Position numbers and translations under genes: made by a program. A model generated the notes under the pieces. That model was given only the letters and a program-made list of their open reading frames with translations, searched no databases and was not told the origin of the DNA. DNA of 64,000 nt from Rhizaria sp. SCN 62-66 (lineage: Eukaryota), in the NCBI GenBank assembly GCA_001724265.1, contig MEDY01000025.1, forward strand, positions 1 through 64,000, read 5' to 3'. Of this stretch, positions 43,782-56,400 are shown piece after piece. How positions within the stretch are numbered: the first letter of the stretch is position 1; every line of letters starts with the position of its first letter.

Positions 43782-45939
43782 ATGGCCGAGTCGCGTAACC
43801 AAGATCTCGCCAATGGCGGTCCTATCGCCGACAACTACTACAAGCTCCTCGGTGTTGCCAAGACCGTACGTGCCTTTCCCTCCCTCCCCAGCCCCACCCC
43901 CGCACACTCCACTTCGCCGCCCATTGCTCACTCAGATACCGACCATCGCCCTCTTTTTTCTTGCTCCCGCGCTACGCAGTCAACCGAGACGGAGATCCGT
44001 GACACTTTTCACCGCCTCGCGGTCGAGTACCACCCCGATCGCTCCGGCTCCGAGGTCGACCACAACACCGCCATCTTCTCCAAGCTCTCCCAGGTACGCA
44101 TCGCTAAAACAACCACGTTGAAGCGCTTTATGCGAGCACTGCACGAGTTAACTTTGTTCTATTGAACTAATTGGGATTTTGTATAACTCCCATTAGTTTT
44201 AGGTGATTATGTGACTGTCTTCACTGCCTGTATCAAGTTTCAATAACCTCGTCCTCACACACACTGCTCCCAACCCGCTTTGCTCTCCTCGCTTCGTTTC
44301 GCACTTGATCCCGCCTCAGGCCTACTCCGTCCTCTCGGACCCCATCTCCCGCTCGCTCTACGACATTGCGCAGGGCTACACCGAGGACACCCCCGAGACC
44401 CGCCGCCGCATCAACCACCTGAAGCGCGTCCAGGCTGAGGTGCGTCGACACTCCCCCTCTCGCGAAACCTCCATTAATGCACTAAATTGCACTGTTGAAC
44501 CGATGTATCGTTAAAACATGAGTTTAAAGTCTTGAAATAAGCCTGTAATAAGTTCTTACATTTGTCTATACTCTTTTTGTTTTTCTACGTGTGCATATCC
44601 CCCCGCAATCTCGCGTCCCCAGGCCCAGAACGAGCACTTCGAGCGCCTCGTCCCCGAGGCCCGCGCCGAGGAGGCCGCCACCGACGGCCTCATCATCATC
44701 GAGGCCCTCTACGGCGACGTCTCTGTTGACAACGACACCTCTGCGCGCTCGGGCACCTCCGCCGCGGGCCGCTGCATTGACGTCACGGCTGCGCTCCAGT
44801 GCCTCACGAAGTCCTCGATCCTCTTCCTCCACGGCGGTACGCTTATGTTCACCTTAAAACGCACTGTTTTATGCCTTGAAGAGTCTTGAAACAAACAATC
44901 TTATCTTCTAAATGCATCAATTGGAATTATCTAATTTGAGTTTATATCATCACAAAATTCATGTGTACGCTTGCTCACTTGTAACGCTTTCTATCTTTGT
45001 TGTTGTTTTTGTGACTGTTGCACCACAGGCGGCAGCAAGTCTTGGCTGGAGGGTTTCTACGACCCGAACGAGGACCAGCTGGACAACATGCTGTACATCC
45101 GCTACCGCTTCAACAACGACATGCACGAGTGCCTGTACAGCGACCTCTCCGAAATCTGCCTCCCCGCCGCTGAGCACCTCATCCAGGACTCCAGCAGCGG
45201 CGCCGCCGACGCCGACGAGAGCGAGTACTACTCCGAGGACGAGGATAGCGGCCGCGGCGGCGACGACAGCGAGGGCGGCTTGACTTCCGGCGACTCGATG
45301 CGTACCCCGCCCCGCCACGGCCGTCGCGTCAACAACGCTGCGACGACCCCCAACAGCAGCAGCAGCAACAACCGCCGCCGCCGCCACCGCAGCAGCATGG
45401 CGGGCGGCCTGCGCAGCTCCGTCCGCGTGAAGCCGCGCGCGCAGGTTCAGCAGGAGGAGGTACGGATACAAACGCTCTATATCGCGTTTTTGGAGACATA
45501 TATCGCCTGCTGTGAGAAGAAAAACTTGTTCAAACGTTAAAATTATTATGATTGATATTATAATTACATTTTTTGAATCCACGCTCACGTTTATGCTGTT
45601 AAATCCTTGCTTTTTGCGTCTGTGTCCTAGGCCGCCCTCAAGGCCGGCCGCCGCCGCAAGCTCTACCTCTCGCTGGCGACTGTCGCCATCAGTGGCGGCG
45701 TCTACTACGCCAGCAAGGAGAAGCTCATCACGCTGCCCACGGTCTCCGAGGCCGTCTCGGCGCTCAAGCTCGACAAGGCTGTCAATGCAATGTTCTCTTT
45801 CTTCCGCTCCTTTGGCGCTGGCTCTTCGGTCAACGCAACGGCCGGCGGCAACGGCAGCGACGTGCCTGCGGGCAACGGCGCCGCCGCGGCCATCGGCAGC
45901 AGCTCCACGGCCGCGATGCTCGGCGAGGAGGCTTACTAA
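43782..45939 (+). CDS. J-domain protein with a DNAJC11 C-terminal (DUF3395-type) domain, ~423 aa. Exons 43782-43865, 43980-44093, 44320-44439, 44623-44836, 45029-45459 and 45631-45939
   Basis: J domain NYYKLLGV..EIR..F.RLA.EYHPDR..F..LSQAYSVLSDP.SR.LYD, then GLIIIEALYG..IDVTAALQCL..SKSWLEGFYDP...LYIRYRF...HE. Five GT-AG introns keep the frame. Stop TAA. Confidence 0.85.
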
Positions 45940-47095
45940 GCGCACACGCGCTTTAGTTAAGCCGCCCGACGGAAGGAGAGGCAAAGCCGTTGCGCCCCGC
46001 TGCGTTTCCAGCGGCAAGATAGTCGTATTATAGTCTAAGTAGTAGCGTATATGCTCGGTTTTATGTAAAAATGAATGACACACACATCACTCGAGTACGA
46101 GGATCTTTTGACTTGCTCTATTAAGTTACGAGCAAGTTCAGTTAAAGCTGTTCCAAGTGTAAAAAAGTGCGAAGTGTGTTTAGTATGTATGCTTATTTTG
46201 TTGCAATTACGCACCTCAATTCAAGTATATTGGTTAGCAAGGTACTTAGACAAGGTGCTGCAATGTAAGCATATGCAAGACATGTGCTTTGATACCGTAG
46301 ATACTGGTACACTTACCAGTATCTTCGCTACTAGAAAGCAAATAGGAACGAAACAAACACTACTGTTGATGTATGTTTAATATTAGTTTAGTATCATAGT
46401 TTATCAAAATAAGAACTCGTTTTTTTTTCAATCAAAAACAATAACCACAAAATAATCAACAAAATACACGTCAAACAAAGAATCTCATTTTCGTCGGAAG
46501 AATCTAGGCGCATAGAAGTATGGCAAGAAAGGTTGATCACTGAAAATCCAAGAGTTTGCCGCGCCAACACTGCTCCTACAGCCCTCCATTTGACAGAGCG
46601 TCTCAAAATGCGTTCATAATGCGACGTCAAATGGCAACTCTCTGCAGTCACGCTGCGTAGGTTCGCTGCCCGGCACGCCAGCACGCGGCCCACAGACACG
46701 GCGCCGCGCAGCAAACTCACCGGACACGACCGAAAGACGATGAACTGCGGCACGTAATATGAACTCTCACTCCTAGAGTTATCATTGTTAGAAACAACGC
46801 CCCGAGGACACATCAGCACTGTGCCGACGGGGTACGTCATTGCTGCGACTGTCTCTCGTACTGATTGATTCCCAGGTCATACGGGATGACAGATTGGTGA
46901 GACGGCTCAATTTATCACGTACTTTTCATAAAAATGGTATATATTCTGTCATGATTGATGTTTGTTGTCAATATGACAAAGTGATAACCTCATACCTTAA
47001 GTCATGTGTACTTAAAGATGATTTTATTTTATCACATATTATAGTTAAAAATTAGGCTCGAGGACCATCAAATCGTACTTTCAAAAGTATAGATT

Positions 47096-47167
47096 GCGCT
47101 ATTGGTCTAGTGGTTATGATTGATCGTTGCCAACGATTAGAGCCGTGTTCGATTCACGGATAGCGCA
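47096..47167 (+). tRNA. tRNA-Gly(GCC)
   Basis: Acceptor stem GCGCTAT/ATAGCGC plus discriminator A, D-arm TGGTCTAGTGG, anticodon arm GATCG-TTGCCAA-CGATT, T-arm CCGTG-TTCGATT-CACGG. Confidence 0.95.
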
Positions 47168-47169
47168 CC

Positions 47170-47177
47170 TTTTTTTT
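47170..47177 (+). terminator. RNA polymerase III oligo-T terminator
   Basis: T8 run two bases after the tRNA discriminator. Confidence 0.8.
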
Positions 47178-47416
47178 GCCCGTTCCGCAGCCGGCCAGCG
47201 ACACTCCGCAGCGCTCCTTCTTTTTTGTTTTGCCCACCCACAGCATTCAGTTCGCTCTTGTCACACGTAAGGAATAGTTGCGGTTAAAACTCATTTTGTA
47301 TTTTCATCTCCAAACACAATCTATCCTAAAGAAAACAAACTATATAGTCCCATTTTCTATATTTTCATAACAAGCATGACAGTAAGCTTACAAGTTAAAC
47401 TTCACTTCCTCATACA

Positions 47417-50400
47417 TTACGCTTCGACCAGCGGGGTATTGAGAGCCTCCAGCACCGTCCACAGCAGCTCGTTGCGCAGCGCCGGACTCAGCCGCGGCCT
47501 CCACCCGGTGGCCCCCGCCCCCGTACTATGGCTGCTGTCACCCGCATTCCTCACACCGCCACGCCCAGCGCCATGACTGTTGCTGTGGTTACTAAGCGTC
47601 GCCTCCTCGACCGCGTCCGCAACGGCGCTCTGGACGAGGATCTGCACGTACTTGCACACCACTGCCGTCCTGGCGGCGACCCGCACCGCCACCCCGGCCC
47701 CCGTCACCGCGGCGCGGCTGGCGGGGTAGATCGCCCAGTCCGGCGCCAAAACGGACCCGTCGCGCGCGCCGCCGTCCGCGAACGGGCACGGCGGCAGCAG
47801 CGCCAGCGCGGGCAGGTGCGCCAGGGACGTCTCGCGGACGGTCGCTGCGCCGCCGCCGGCGCGGTGCTTGGAGCCGTAGAGGCCGAGGAAGCCGCCGCAG
47901 CCGCCGTTGCGGACGAAACCGCCGGTCCCGGTACTAGCCCCGCTGCGTTGCTGCGAGCTTTTGCTGTTGGGGTTAGTGGCTGTGAAAGGGTTATAGTGTA
48001 AGGGGATGGGGCAGTAAGGGGTTGCGAGCGCCAGCGGCAGCGACGAGGCCCTTAGAAGCGAGTCTAAGGGTGCCGTGAAGCGCAGCGACCCCGGCAGCGG
48101 CACACACACAGGCGCAGTCTTAGCAACACTCCTGCCGCTGCTGTTGCTGTTGCTGTTGTAGTAGCTGCTGTTGCTGTTGCTGTTGTTAGCGGCGGCGGCG
48201 GTCAGGGACGGAGGCGCCACGTGCATGGTGTTATGCGCGAGAGCTGTGGTGACCAGCGAGACCAGCAGGGGCACGCAGTCGGTGAGGGCGTTGAAGGACG
48301 CGGGGGAGTTGGCCCACGGCGGCAGCGGCTGCGACCAGGGCGAGGACATGTCAGCAGTTGCACTTGCACTCCCAGTCGCAGGCTCTGGCTCAGGTTCTAG
48401 CTGAGTGTCAGCGTCAACGATGTCGTTATGATCGTTATCGGTGTCCGCATCGTCATCATCATCGTCTTCATCGTCGTCGTCGTTGTTGCCTAGCAGGCTC
48501 GGCTCATCATCGTCCTCAGCGTTGTCAGCGTTGTCACCAGTATCAGCAACAGCATCGTTGTCGTTAGTATTTGTTGAGTCAGCATTCGCAGCGTTTGCAT
48601 TCACACTCTTCGCGTTTGCGCTATCCTTAACAGCGTTGTTGTTGTTGTTGCTCTTCTTGTAGCTGTTCCTGTTGTCGCGAGAGGCGCTCGCCGCCGCCCC
48701 CACCTGGGGCCGCGCTGGGATGAGTCCCACTTCAGTGAGCACTTCAAGTACTTGAAGCTTGGCCTTGTGCAAGTCGGCCATCGCCTTCTCGTCCAACCCG
48801 TACTGGGCGCAGAACGCGCGACTGCGGTTAGTGCACACCGCCCCCCAGTCAGCGCCCGCGCCCCCAGTGTGGGGGCGAGACTGGGAGTGAGCCTGGGAGT
48901 GGGACGTGTAAGTGTGGGCCTGCGTGGCGATGGCGCTGGCGGCGCGCCACCCCTTGTACGCGAGCCAAATCGACACCTGGTCACTGTAGTGCGCCTTCGA
49001 AGTCGCCGGCACGTACTCGGTCACGCCAGGGTTCGACAGGGACAGCGAGTGCGACTGTGTTGTGGCTGCGGCGGCGGCTGCCGATGCGGCTGTAGTGCTG
49101 AGGGGGACGGCAACACGGCCGACGGTGACCGCAAACGGCACCGGCGCCGGGGCCATGCCCACGCGCACCCTTACACCGTCCAGCCACGAGCCATTTACAC
49201 TAGAGGTACTTCCACTCACATCGACAGCAGCGGAGGTACTTACAGCGACAGCCGAGGAAGAGGGGGTACTTACACTGCGCTCGATCGCGACGGGCGCGTA
49301 CGTGCCGAACTTAGCCCTGGCCTTGGCGGCGCCCTCGCGGTCCTGGGCCGCCTCCAACGCCTGCCGCGCCCCGCCGCCGCGCTGCTGCTGCCTGCCGCCG
49401 GCGCCGGCGCCCGCGGCGGCGGGGGCGGGGGGGCCCTTGAAGGGGCTGTCGCCGACTTCGAGGCTCGCGGCCAGCACGGCCGCCGCGTCCACGCAGCGGA
49501 AGACGACGCCCAGCACGCATAGTAAGGAGGCTGGGGGCGAGAGCGGCAGCGCGGCGGCGACGCGGCCTAGCGACGTGAGCGTGAGCGTCAGCTGCGGCCG
49601 CGGCAGCGGCTTCGTGGTGCGGTATATTGTGGCCGCAGCTGCTGAGTCAGCAGCGGCGTCTAAGTACCCCTTAGACTGTGATAATGACGAGGAGGAGACG
49701 GAGACGGAGCCAGAGAGGTACTTAGACGAGGCAGCGAGGAGAGTCTTTGTTTCGGACGGCGTAAGCACCCGGATGCTATTTGTCGCACTCACAAAGCAAC
49801 GAACCTGTTGCTGTTGTTGCTGCAGCTGTTGACTGTTCTTCTCATCATTGCTGCTGTCCCGACTGACGAGCGCACTTGGAGCGTTGTGCGTGAGAGCATT
49901 CACATTGCGAATAGTAGTCGGATTCGTAGTATTGTTGTTGATACTGTTATTATTGGCCGCGAGCGTGAGTCGCACGATGCCGTGCCGGCCCAGGGACGCC
50001 ACCGCCGCGACGACCGCCGACAGCGGCGGCGGGTCGAGGCACTGGCTCAGCAGCTCGAACACACCGCTGCTCACCGCCTGCATGGGGGTACTCATGGGAG
50101 TACCCGTGGGGGAGCGTGTGTTAGCACTGCCCGCGGCGAGAATATGCATCACCAGCGGCAACACAGGCACTCGCAGGAGCTCCGGCACCGTGAAGTGCTC
50201 CATGCGCCGCGAAAACGTCGGTTCCGAAAAAAGGCGGTAGCACACGCCGGGCCCGGTGCGGCCCGCGCGGCCGGCGCGCTGCTGCGCAGAGGCGCGGGAA
50301 ATGGGCTTGCAGGAGAGCACTTGGGTGCCCGAGCCGGCGACGCCGCTGCCGCTGCCGTTGCCGCCGCCGCCGCCGCTCTTGCCGGAGGCTGCGCTGAGCG

Positions 50401-53400
50401 ACGAGTGCGACGACTGGTGCTCTTTGCCGCAGTCAATGACGCAGGAGACGAAGGGCAGTGTTACGCCCGTCTCGGCGATGTTCGTCGACAGGATGATGCG
50501 CAGCTCGTGCGGCGGCGGGCGCCGGAAGGCCTGCTGCTGCGCGGCCCAGGGCACGGCCGAGTGCAGCACCGAGACGGAAGTCAGGCCGCCCACGGCGCCG
50601 CGGGAGCCCACGCTGGCGCCGTTGCCCACGAAGCCAGCGTTATTGTCGCCAGGCCGAGCGCTGGAGCTACTGCCATTCGCGCTAGAGCCACTCTCCCTGT
50701 TGTAGTAGTGCGCCGGGGACGGGGCCAGGAGCCGGTTGGCCTCGATGCGTTTCGCCAGCGCCTTGATGTGCGCCAGCCCAGGGAGGAAGATCAGCACGGC
50801 GCCCTCCACCAGCGGCGGCGCCGAGTCCCGCGCCGCCAGGACGTCGCTCGCGCGAAGGCAGACACCCGCCGAGGTCGGGACGCCGCCGAACGCGTCGCAG
50901 TAGCGCAGCAGCCCCTGCGCCTGCGCAGCCGCGGGGGGCGGGAGGGCCGCCGCGGCCACTGCGCAAAGCCGGTCGACGCCCGTGCCACTGCCGCCGCCGC
51001 CGCCGCTGCTGCTGTTGTTGTTGTTGTTGTTGTTGCCTGAGAGGAGCCAGCTGGTGTAGCGGCAGCCCCGGGCGGCGCGCGTGAATGCTGCGGCGTGCGG
51101 CGGCAGCGGCACGGTGCCCTCGGCCATGGCGGCGATACGGCGCATCACGAGCGCGGTCAGGAGAGCCTCGACCACATCCAAGTTCAGGAAGGAGTCGTTC
51201 AAAGTTAAGCCGCGGAGGGGAGCGGGCACGGCCGACCAACCCACGTGCGGCTTAACTAAACCAGCCGCATTAGAGCCAGAGCCAGAGCCGTTGCTGTTGT
51301 TGTTGTTCGCGATGGTGGAGAGAGAGAGGGCGTGGTGCTTCGCGATCGCGAGCTGACGCTCACGCTGCTCTTGCGCCCTTTGCTTCGCGTCCTCGTCTTC
51401 ATCGTCGTCGTCAATGGCTACAACAGCAACATTGGCTTTGGCCTTGGCGTCGGCATCGGCATCGTCGTCATCCTCATCGGCTAGCAGCTTGTCAGCGGCG
51501 TTAGCGCCCGCGCCCGCGCCGGCGCCGTTTGTGGTGGTATCCGGGAACAGCGTCTCAAGTGAAGGCAGCAGCGGCTGCTCGAGTGCCCCCCAGACGTACG
51601 TTTCGCCGGTCACCTTGGTCCATCGCCGCAGCCAGGCCGCCTTGGCCTCGCGCCACTGGGGGCCGAAGCAGGAGGATAGGTACCCGCCCACGGTCACTTC
51701 GCCGGGTAAGTACTCCGAGTCTAAGTGCCCACGCTCTGAGTGCCCCCTGTCCGCGTCTAAGGGCCCGAGGCCGCCGCTGTCGCTGGTGGCGGCGAGGAGG
51801 GCGGGTAAGTACCCGCAGTGCGCGAGAGCCTGGTCTAAGTACTTGATCTCGACGGGGTACGTGCGGCCGGGCACGGAGAGGCAGGGCACTAAGGGGTTCT
51901 TGCTATCGACAGTGACAACAACAGCGGCAGAATCGTTATCATCGCTGTCAATATCAATATCATCGCCGTTGTCAGCAGCAGCCGGAGCTGTAGAAGGAAC
52001 AGAGCTAGAGGATGAATCAGCAGCTTGTGAAGTGTTCTTGTTCTCGGGGACGACATCGACACTCGTCACAGCGTTAGCAGTGCTGTTGCTGTTGTTGCTA
52101 GCGGCAGCGGCAGCATCCTCGTTGTCAGAGGCATCCCAAGCATCCAAATCGGGGGACTCTGTCTCCGCCTCCGTCGCCGCCTCTGCTGCAACTGCTGCAA
52201 CTTCTACTGCGGCCACGTCAGCTGCGTTCGCTGCTTCTGAGTTCGCAGCAGCTGCAACAGCAGTGTCTTTGTTATTGTTATTAGAGCCGTTATCATTGCC
52301 GTCGTCCTCTTTATCAGAGGCGTCCCAAGCGTCCAGCTCGGCCGCCGCGGCCGCCGCGGCCGCCGCCGCCTCGGCCTCAGCCTGGGCTTTGGCCGCGGCA
52401 CCGCTGACGGCGACAATAGCGCTGTTGATAGCAACAGCAGCAGCAGCACTCGCAGTGCTTGAGTCGCTCGCAACAGGGACAACAGCTTGAGCGCGATTGC
52501 TATCAAAGATGCCATTGCCAACACTCGCCTTGTTTTTGCTCTTGCTGTTGTTGCTAATGTTGCCGAAGGCCGTGTTGTTGACGGTGGCGAAGCACGAGAG
52601 AGCGGCTAAGCTGGCGTCGTGAAAATACTCGCTCATTTGCGCCGACGACAGCGTCGCAGACATTACGATCAACCGCAAAGGCCCGCATACGGCACTGGAA
52701 CTAGCATTACTGTTAGCATGACTGTTGTTGTTGTTGTTGTTGTCAAGAGCGGCGGCAGCGGCCAGACGTGCGCGCGTGACGAGCGTCCGCCTAAGTAGCA
52801 CCAGCAGAAAGTCAATCTCCACCGACCTCTCATGCACCTCATCGAGAATCACTACTGAGACGTCGCTGAGAAGCGGATCCGCCCGGAGACGCCGCAGCAG
52901 AATGCCGTTCGTGCAGTAGAGCAGCGGGGAGCGGGGGTGGGCTTTGTGGTCGAAGCGGACCGAGTAGCCCACCAGGGAAGACGGCCGGGGCCACTGCTGC
53001 AGGGTCGGGGTACTTAGACCCGGGTAAATAGTGCTGCCGCCGCCCTTAGCGTCGTCAGACGAGGACCCAGCAACAATGTTGTTGCTGTTGCTGTTGTTGC
53101 TGTTGGCAGCAGCCCAGTCAAGCACCTGGCTGGCCACGTGCGTCGCCGTCGACGTCGCCGTGATGCGCCGCGGCTGTGCGCAGATCACCTTGCCCCACGA
53201 CCAGGGGTACTTCGCGCCCCCACGCCGCGGGGGGGCACTTACACCCGTGGTACTTACACCAGTGGCACTCAAACCCGTCTTACTTAGACTGAGCCGGTCC
53301 GCGAGCATTGCCTCCAGCACGAACAGCGGCACACGCGTCGTCTTGCCGCTGCCCGTCTCGGCCGCAACCACGGCCACGGGCCGAGACGCGAGCGTGGCCG

Positions 53401-56400
53401 CCAGCGTGGCCCGGAACGAGTCGATGGGCAGGGTGGGATGCAAGGGCGGCAGCAGGTGGGCGGCTAAGGGGGTACTTACATTGCCGCTAGCTGCGATGGC
53501 GTTGCGCTTCTGGAGGACAGCAGCGGCGTCAGCGACGGACATGATGCCACCGCTAAACCGGCTGTGACCGCCGCCGCCGCCGCCACTACTGCTGCTGCTG
53601 CTATGCTGCTGCTGCTGCTGCTGCAAGAGGAGGGTCGAGAGCAAAGGCCGTTTGCCACTGAGCGCCAAGGCAGTCGGCAGCACCGACACAGGCTTATACT
53701 GCAACTGTAACTGCTGCTGAGACTGCGGTTGCTGTTGCTGAGTAAGAGCAGCAGCGGGGGTACTTAGACCGATATCTAAGGGCGTCGCGGCCGCGGTCGC
53801 AAGGTCGTGCGCGAGCCGCCACAGCCATGCGCGCTCCCGCAGGCGGAGCCCCACGGTCACCCGCGCGCGCTCGGCCGCCTCGGCCGTCTCGACGGCGCGC
53901 AGGCAGGACCGAAAAAAGGGCGGCAGGAAGAGCGCAGGGCTGGTGCGGCCAGAGGTCGACGGCGGCTGCAGCAGCGCTGCGGGTACCGTTACCACCAGAG
54001 GCACAGCGGCGGAGGCAGCAGCAGCAGGAAGGATGGGTTTGTGGGAGCATGCCAGGGAGGTCAAAGCGGAGGCTACCTCTGTCGCAGCTGCAACAACATC
54101 AGTCGAGCTAGAGTTAGAGCTAGAGTCAGTGTTTTTGTTGCCAGAGAAGGCTGATGCAACTGTAAGGGCCTTCGCGACACACACAGGCACATTTACACTT
54201 CCACTTCCACTGCCACAGCGAGTACTTAGACTCTGATTCACACCCTTGTCGTCACTGGTGACACTTAGAGTCCCGCTCGAGGTACTTAGACCGCTCTCCC
54301 ACTTAGACACACGGCGCCAATACTTCCCCCACTGCAGCTCACAGTGCCGCTGCCGCGCCGCCGCCGCCGCCGCCTCGGCCTCGGCGGCCTGCCTTCGCGC
54401 AGCGCGGCTTAACTTCCAGAGCGCGGGGTCGGCGGCGTTAAGGCCGTGGAGCAGGAGGGTGAAGAGCAGCTCGGTGGCGAGCGGCAGGGGCGCGGCGGCG
54501 GTCGGCAGACGGGAGTAGAGACAGCTGGCGGGGGCAAAGGATGAGGCGGGCAGGGGAAAGCGGAGCAAAGCGCCGCCGCCGTCGCCGCCGCCACCGTTTG
54601 AGTCGTTGTTACCAACAGATCTAACACCATTCGCCGCCGATGAACTAGTGGTGTTGTTGTTGTTGCTCGAGCTAGAGCCGAGAGGGCTGATGACGCGAGC
54701 GCCGCGAACAACAACAGCAGCTGCTGCGTTGCTCGGGGCAGTACTCGCGCCTGCAGCAGCAGCAGCAGTGGCGTCCGTGCCGTCAGCGTCGACCGCATGC
54801 GCACGCGCAGAGGGCGGCTTGGGCGCGGGGGCCGTGGTCGCGGTGGCCATGGCGGCGACGGCGCTGAGGCTGGTCACTGCCGCGGCCGACGAGAGCGCCT
54901 CGGTGTACGTGACGAGGTCGGCGGTCGTCAAGACGAACACGGGCACGGGCGCGTAGGCACCGGCGCTCGCAGTGGAACGTCCGCTGTTATTGGCATTCCG
55001 AGTACCCGTGACGTTGTTGCCATTGCGACCGCCACCGTGACTGTTGTTGTTGTTATGGCCGGTACTCATGGCGGGCGCAGCGGTGTTGACGGGCGGAACC
55101 CCTGACCACGTGCGCGGCGGCAGCGGCGGCGGCAACTGAGACTGCAGCGACTGAGACTGCGAGCTCTGGCCCTGACTCTGCGACTGCTGCTGCTTCGCTT
55201 GCTTCGGGGGGCCGTCTAAGGGGGTACTTAGCGGCGCCGGCGCGACCGCGTAGCCGTAGCCGGCCCCCAGCAGCGCCAGCAGAGGCGGCGCCACCTGCGG
55301 CAGCGCGCTGTGAGTCGGCAGCAGAGACAGCTGCAGGACTTGCGACCGCGACGCCTCCGAAACGAGGGACTTCACGCGGGTCTGGCTCGAGCTCATGTTC
55401 ACGAAGCCGCCGCCGCTGCTGCTGTCGCCCGCGTCGCTGTTGTTGTTGCCGTTGCGGGAGTTCGAGTTAGCGTTTGTGGTGGAGAGGAGCTCGTGCAGCG
55501 AGCGCCCGTTGCCGAAGCTCCTGCCGCTGCCGTCGTCAAATTCGCCACAACTCCCGTCGTTGGTACCGCCACCAACGGCGCCGCCCTTGTTTGCCCTGCC
55601 CTTGCGCTTAGACTTCGCTTCCGTAGTCATGCCCGCGCCTGTGCCTGCGTTATGAGCATTGGCATTGGCGCTGGCATTGGCACTAAGGTTATTAGGCTTG
55701 GGGGGCTGGGGGTAAGGGTGGCCGATGTGGGCGGCGTACTTCTCCAGCTGTAAGGGAGTGACTAAGGGCCGGAGGTTGACTAAGGGGGTCAGGCAGCCCT
55801 GCCCTTCGTCGTCTAAGTAGTCGTCACTGTTGTCACTCTGCTGCTGCTTACGGTCATTTGCATTCACGACAGCTGTGTTCGAGCTAGTCTTACTAGCTTT
55901 GTCAGCGTTTGCGCTAAGATTGACGGTGGCAAGGTTCGTGATCACAGATACTGGGGTCAGTTGCGAGCCGATGACGGCTGCCCGGGGCAGCTTCCTGCGT
56001 TCGCGAAAACAACAATGAAACAAGAGAAAAAAAGCACAATATGTGAGATGTGGAAAACAAAAGTGAATAAAGTGAGTGATTTTCGATGTTTTTAGTATTC
56101 AAATAGTATTATTTCATGTGGGACGCGTCGTCATGATATATAAAGTCGCAATTAAGTGTTTCAGACACACGTACCTGGTCGAGAGGATGATACGGCAGCG
56201 TACGACGCTGGCGCCCGAGGCCGAGGGTACGTTGACGTGTTGCAAGGTCACATGAAGCCGCTTCCACTGGCCGTTGCCGCAGAGCACGCCCTGCACCACG
56301 TCGAACACACACGTTCCGGTACTCGTGGGTGCGTTGCCACTGCTGTTATGCGCGCTGAGGCTCTTAAACTGGAGCCGGGCGCCAAGACCGCTGACGCTCG

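Noticed and set aside
46394-46840. 148-aa minus-strand ORF near the tRNA
   Set aside because: No recognisable domain, atypical codon usage and an AT-rich 3' half. It cannot be supported as a gene.
47096-47167. tRNA as a possible amber suppressor
   Set aside because: The anticodon loop reads TTGCCAA (GCC, Gly), not CTA.
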